Shown here: piece by piece, positions 59,941 through 64,000 of the stretch
Position numbering within the stretch: the stretch's first letter is position 1
Layout: each line of letters opens with the position of its first letter
Source of the DNA: Candidatus Eiseniibacteriota bacterium
Lineage (GTDB): Bacteria; Eisenbacteria; RBG-16-71-46
Length of the DNA stretch: 64,000 nucleotides
Assembly: GCA_963717935.1 (NCBI GenBank)
Contig: CAVQXP010000004.1
Coordinates: 544,001-608,000, forward strand
Reading direction: 5' to 3'
The notes under the pieces: generated by a model
What the model was told of the DNA's origin: nothing
Databases searched by the model: none
What the model saw: the letters and a program-made list of their open reading frames with translations, nothing else
Program-made: the position numbers and the translations under genes

Positions 59941-61773
59941 TCAGCCCTGGTGGCACTGCGCGCACGCGGCCTGCGTGGGCCTCAACCGGCCGCCCGCCGG
60001 GTCGTGGCAGGTCTTGCATTCCAGTTCCATCGCGAGATGGGCCTCGTGGGAGAAGTCCCCGCGGAAGCTCCGCACGGTGCGCGTCTTCACGTCGGCGTGG
60101 CATTGCAGGCACGAGCCACCGGCGACCGCGGCCTTCCGATGATGGCAGGGGACACAGCCGGCCGGCCCGAAGCGCACGACTTCCCCGGGTCCGCGCTGCT
60201 CGTGCGTCCGGTGACAGGCGGCGCACTCGAGTTTCGCCTCGAGCAGGTGCGGACCATGGTCGAAGGCCTTGCCCTGCCAGGCCCCGCGCTGTGCTTCGAC
60301 GCCGGTGTGGCACAACAGGCAGCGTCCCGAACTGGCGCCCGCGCGCCGCCAGGGCGACGCGAGCGGGGCCAGTCCCTTCGCGCGGCGCGCCTCGTTCATC
60401 CGCTCGTGCGCCTCGTCGAGCAGGGCGTAGGCGTAGGTGATGTTGTGCACGGCCCGGCCCCGCGAGACCAGCAGGAAGTCGTGCCGCGCGTCCTGCCAGG
60501 CCTGCGGCGGCTCCGGGCCCATCGCGCCCGCGGTCGCCTCGAGCTGGCGCTGCAGCGCGGTGACGCGCTCCGCCGAGGCGCGCTGCCAGGACTCGAAGAT
60601 CCGCTGGTAGGCGGGCCCGTGGCAGGCCATGCAGGAGACGCCGTCGGCGCGCTGGATGACGGGCTCGAGCGGATCCCTCACGGCCCGGGCCGCTGCGGTC
60701 CTGTCGTCGTGACAGCCCCGGCAGGTGACGCCGACTGCGTACATCGGTCCGGGCATGTCGGGCACGCCGCGTCCGCCGGTGCCGGCGTAGAGGCTCTGCT
60801 GCGCGCTGTGGCCCGCGCCGTGGCAGGCGCCGCAGGCGCTTGCGTCGCCGGGGCCCGCGTCGTGCGCGTCGCCCGCCCGGGCCGCCCCCGGCGGCGTGCC
60901 GTGCTCGATGGCCAGGTGGCAGTCCGTGCAGTCCACCTTGTGCTTCGAGACGTGCCAGTCGTGCAGGTAGTCCGTGTCGCCGTAGCGCGCGAGCCGCTCG
61001 GGCTGGTTGTGGCAGGTGAGGCAGTGGGTCTGCGGCACGTCGCCCGCTCCGCGGTTCACGCCCGCGTGACACGCGGTGCACTCGGTGCCCAGGCGCGCGA
61101 CCTCGCCGTGGTCGAACGCGGTGCCGGCGGCGGTGGTGACGCGTCCCGGGACGGTGTGACAGAGCCGGCAGCGCGCGGTGCCCTGGTCCGGCGCCTGGCC
61201 CTTGAAGTGGCACAGCGCGCACGTGACCGGGGTGACCGCGATGTGGGTTCCGACCATGACCTGCGAGTGGCACGAGGTGCAGCGCAGCCGGAAGCCCTTG
61301 CGGCTCTCGGTCAGGTGGGGCGTGTGATCGAAGATGACGCCGTGATAATCGACGCGGCCCTCGAGCAGCCGGCGCTCGTGGCAGCGCAGGCAGTTGGCGT
61401 CGTCCACCTCGGCCCAGGGCTTGGTGCCATAGGTGCCGGTGAAGTACTTCACCACCATCGAGAGCGCCTCGTACTTCTTGCGCAGCTCGGCGCCGATGCC
61501 CGGCGAGATGTGGCAGTCCACGCAGGCGACCTGGTTGTGCTTCGAGGTCTTCCACGAGGCGTAGTAGGGCTTCATGACGTGGCAGGTGCCGCAGAACCGC
61601 GGCGTCGAGGTGCCCAGCATCGCCAGCAGGACGAGCACGGCGAAGAGCCCGAGCGCGAGCCCGACGGTGAGCGTGGCGACGCGCAGGCCGCGGGGCGAGA
61701 GCCGCCCGCCGCCGCGGCGGTCCACCCAGCGGCCGAGGCGGGAGTCGGGTCCGAGGCCCGGCAGCGGCGGCAT
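59941..61773 (-). CDS. 18-heme cytochrome c with NapC/NrfH-like N-terminus
   Basis: Single N-terminal TM, TSTPRFCGTCHVM (CxxCHxM), W..SKH...CVDCH; 18 CxxCH counted; FDH/FSH c3-like modules. Confidence 0.9.
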   Translation of the reverse strand: MPPLPGLGPDSRLGRWVDRRGGGRLSPRGLRVATLTVGLALGLFAVLVLLAMLGTSTPRFCGTCHVMKPYYASWKTSKHNQVACVDCHISPGIGAELRKKYEALSMVVKYFTGTYGTKPWAEVDDANCLRCHERRLLEGRVDYHGVIFDHTPHLTESRKGFRLRCTSCHSQVMVGTHIAVTPVTCALCHFKGQAPDQGTARCRLCHTVPGRVTTAAGTAFDHGEVARLGTECTACHAGVNRGAGDVPQTHCLTCHNQPERLARYGDTDYLHDWHVSKHKVDCTDCHLAIEHGTPPGAARAGDAHDAGPGDASACGACHGAGHSAQQSLYAGTGGRGVPDMPGPMYAVGVTCRGCHDDRTAAARAVRDPLEPVIQRADGVSCMACHGPAYQRIFESWQRASAERVTALQRQLEATAGAMGPEPPQAWQDARHDFLLVSRGRAVHNITYAYALLDEAHERMNEARRAKGLAPLASPWRRAGASSGRCLLCHTGVEAQRGAWQGKAFDHGPHLLEAKLECAACHRTHEQRGPGEVVRFGPAGCVPCHHRKAAVAGGSCLQCHADVKTRTVRSFRGDFSHEAHLAMELECKTCHDPAGGRLRPTQAACAQCHQG

Positions 61774-63021
61774 CTAGCCCCTTTTCGCGGCCTGATCGCG
61801 GAAGCGCTTGAGCACGAACAGCGTCAGCAGCACGTAGAACCAGAACGCCAGGAGCACGTACTTGTGCTGGCGCAGGTTCCCGAGCTTGCCCCGGATCTCC
61901 TGCTGGACCTCCTGGCCCACCGCGCGGGCCCGCGTGGTGAAGCCGGCCACGACCTCCGGCTGCACGGAGTGCGCCGCGGGCAGAGCCTCGCGCAGATAGG
62001 TGCGCGCCTCCTCGATGCGGGCGTGATAGTCCTCGGTCGGGATGGGGATGGCGTCGGCCTTCACGACCAGCGCCACGGCCTTGTCCACCTCGTCCGCCGC
62101 CGTGCGGTAGTCGGACCCGATGCGCCGGCCCAGGTCGAGACGGCGTGAATCGCCCTCGTGGCAGAGGACGCACGAAGTCGCCAGCCGTTCGGGCCGGGTG
62201 GCCTGCACGGCGTGGGCCCCGTGGCAGGTGGCGCACTCGGGGCGCCGGCCGCCCGCCTGACCGCCGGTGGCGGCCGCGGCCGCGTGCGCGCCCGCGGCGA
62301 GGTAGCGCCGCTCGACCGTGTGGCACCGCCCGCACACCTTGATCACCGAGCCCGCGTCGGGCGGGGCGGCGCCGTGCGCGCCGTGACAGGAGACGCAGGT
62401 GGGCGCGCGCAGGTTGCTCTTCCCGGCCAACTCCTGCGCGTGCACGCTCGACTCGTACTGCCGGAAGACGTTGGGTCGCCCGCGCGGTCCCATGAGCACG
62501 GTGTCCCCGTGGCAGCGCCCGCAGGTGCGCGGGACATGGAGCGCGTACGTCGAACTCGCGGGGTCGCGGGTCGCGAGGATCTCGTGCGCGCCATGGCAGT
62601 CGGAGCACACCGCGACCCGGTCGTCGCCCCGCGCGAGCCGTCGCCCGTGCCCCGAGATCTGGTAGAGCGCGTACGAGTCCACGGGCAGGCCATAGGGGCG
62701 CATCCGGGCCTCGTCCGCATGGCACGAGGCGCAGAGCTTCGGGATGTCCCGGCGCGCGGGACGGCCGCGGTAGTCGCGGCCGTGGGCGACCGCGGCGTCG
62801 AGGCTGCGGTCGTCGCCGCCGTGGCACGAGACGCAGCGCACGCCTTCGGGGGCGTGGCGGCTCTTCTCGAACTGGACGCGCTCGGCCGGGTGACAGATGC
62901 CGCAGCGGCCCGAGGCCGCGGTGACGGCCGCCGATCCCGCCGCAGGCGCGGGCGGACCGGTCTGCGCGTGAGCGGTCGGGGCCGTGGCGGCCAGGAGCAG
63001 GAGAGCGAGCGCGGTCCTCAT
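61774..63021 (-). CDS. 9-heme cytochrome c with signal peptide, helical stalk and C-terminal membrane anchor
   Basis: MRTALALLLLAATAPTAHA; 9 CxxCH; C-terminal YVLLAFWFYVLLTLFVLKR. Confidence 0.9.
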   Translation of the reverse strand: MRTALALLLLAATAPTAHAQTGPPAPAAGSAAVTAASGRCGICHPAERVQFEKSRHAPEGVRCVSCHGGDDRSLDAAVAHGRDYRGRPARRDIPKLCASCHADEARMRPYGLPVDSYALYQISGHGRRLARGDDRVAVCSDCHGAHEILATRDPASSTYALHVPRTCGRCHGDTVLMGPRGRPNVFRQYESSVHAQELAGKSNLRAPTCVSCHGAHGAAPPDAGSVIKVCGRCHTVERRYLAAGAHAAAAATGGQAGGRRPECATCHGAHAVQATRPERLATSCVLCHEGDSRRLDLGRRIGSDYRTAADEVDKAVALVVKADAIPIPTEDYHARIEEARTYLREALPAAHSVQPEVVAGFTTRARAVGQEVQQEIRGKLGNLRQHKYVLLAFWFYVLLTLFVLKRFRDQAAKRG

Positions 63022-63025
63022 CGCC

Positions 63026-64000
63026 CTACCTCCGTTCGAGCAGCGCGCCGAGCACGCTGAGCACGAGCCACGCTCCGAGCACGGCAACGCCGGCCAGCCG
63101 GATGCGGCGCCTTCGCGGGCGGGTCTCCTCGCCGCGCAGCCACAGCGGCATGAGCAGCACCGCGATGGCCGCCGCCAGCAGCACGAGCCCGCTCAGCCAC
63201 GCGGGCACGGGCAGGTGCTGCAGCAGGACATAGGGGGCCAGCATGTACCACGGCGGGCGCGCTCCGCCGGGCGTGGCGTAGGGGTCGGCCGCGCCGTGGA
63301 AGCGGAAGGGCAGCAGCGTGGCCAGGGTGACCAGCACGGCGAACAGGCCGACCGTGAGCATGGTCATCGAGTAGACGTGCTCGCGATAGTGGATGGTCCG
63401 CTCGTCGCGCACCGCCTCGGCCCGGCTCAGACCGACGCGCCGCAGCGTGGCGAAGGTCAGGTAGAGGAAGCCGGCGTAGAACACCGGCAGGACCATCAGG
63501 TGCAGCACGTAGAAGCGGATCAGCACGTCCGCATTCACGGTCCGTCCACCCAGCAGGAAGGCCAGCACCGGGCCGGCGATCGGGATCGCCCACACGACCT
63601 CCAGCCCGCGCACCGTGCTCCAGTAGGTGTGCGAGTCCCAGATGAGGAGCCTCCCGGTGAAGTCCGACTGGATGACCACCCAGGTCGTGGCCACCGCGCA
63701 CCACCACAGCACCTCGCGCGGGGCGCGGTACAGACCCTCCCAGAAGAACCGCAGCAGCCGCAGCACGATGACGCCCACCAGCAGCCACGAGCCCCAGGCG
63801 TGCATCTGGTGGATGAACCAGCCGCCCGGCAGGTCGCGCACGATGGTGCGCGTGCTCTCGAAGGCGGCCTCGGGCGTGGGCCGGTAGTAATAGGCGAGCA
63901 GGACGCCCGTCACGATCTGCAGGCCGAACAGGATGGCGGCCAGCAGTCCCAGCGCGCGCGCGCCGTGCGCGTAGCGGGGCACCGGCTCCGCGGCCACGTC
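63026..64000 (-). CDS. Cytochrome b of bc/b6f type (b6 + subunit IV fused), 5'-truncated by window, lacking heme bH ligands
   Basis: LQIVTGVLLAYYYRP, GWFIHQMHAWG, PREVLW, FTGRLLIWD, RFYVLH and PPWY; frame open to the window end. Confidence 0.9.
   Translation of the reverse strand, partial: DVAAEPVPRYAHGARALGLLAAILFGLQIVTGVLLAYYYRPTPEAAFESTRTIVRDLPGGWFIHQMHAWGSWLLVGVIVLRLLRFFWEGLYRAPREVLWWCAVATTWVVIQSDFTGRLLIWDSHTYWSTVRGLEVVWAIPIAGPVLAFLLGGRTVNADVLIRFYVLHLMVLPVFYAGFLYLTFATLRRVGLSRAEAVRDERTIHYREHVYSMTMLTVGLFAVLVTLATLLPFRFHGAADPYATPGGARPPWYMLAPYVLLQHLPVPAWLSGLVLLAAAIAVLLMPLWLRGEETRPRRRRIRLAGVAVLGAWLVLSVLGALLERR

Noticed and set aside
1..64000. tRNA, rRNA, CRISPR arrays, integrases, transposases, prophage or defence genes
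   Set aside because: No cloverleaf or T-loop context, regularly spaced repeats or relevant protein motifs found.

Overview
Very GC-rich bacterial chromosomal segment. The lineage is unknown, but FlgD/T9SS-like C-terminal domains, a PEP-CTERM gene and the multiheme cluster fit an FCB-associated candidate phylum such as Ca. Eisenbacteria (inference only). 1-27 kb is mostly a minus-strand housekeeping run: mfd, two PPIases, ftsE-ftsX-envC, holB, ricT/PSP1, metG, tatD and rsmA. It is interrupted by a Fur-family/TonB-receptor/ECF uptake cassette and a PDZ-LytS/LytTR pair. Many genes in this half carry single-base frameshifts, several in homopolymer runs, that look like long-read errors. 27-48 kb holds an OmpA-family protein, a MoxR-DUF58-VWA operon, an S8 protease, LamG and GT-C/TPR proteins, a tiny PEP-CTERM protein with a sigma54-like promoter, two tandem secreted EEP-family enzymes and a Ca2+/H+ antiporter. 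48-51 kb is a class II ribonucleotide reductase, flanked by a long structured leader and a T-shaped inverted-repeat element. 53-64 kb is the most striking region: a respiratory cluster with about 63 c-heme motifs in five proteins. These are two CbcL-like c+b quinol oxidoreductases (13 and 19 hemes), an 18-heme NapC/NrfH-like protein, a 9-heme membrane-anchored cytochrome and a c554-like protein with a CxCH motif. The cluster also has a bc-type cytochrome b that has lost both heme bH histidines and runs off the window edge. No tRNA, rRNA, CRISPR array or transposase was seen.
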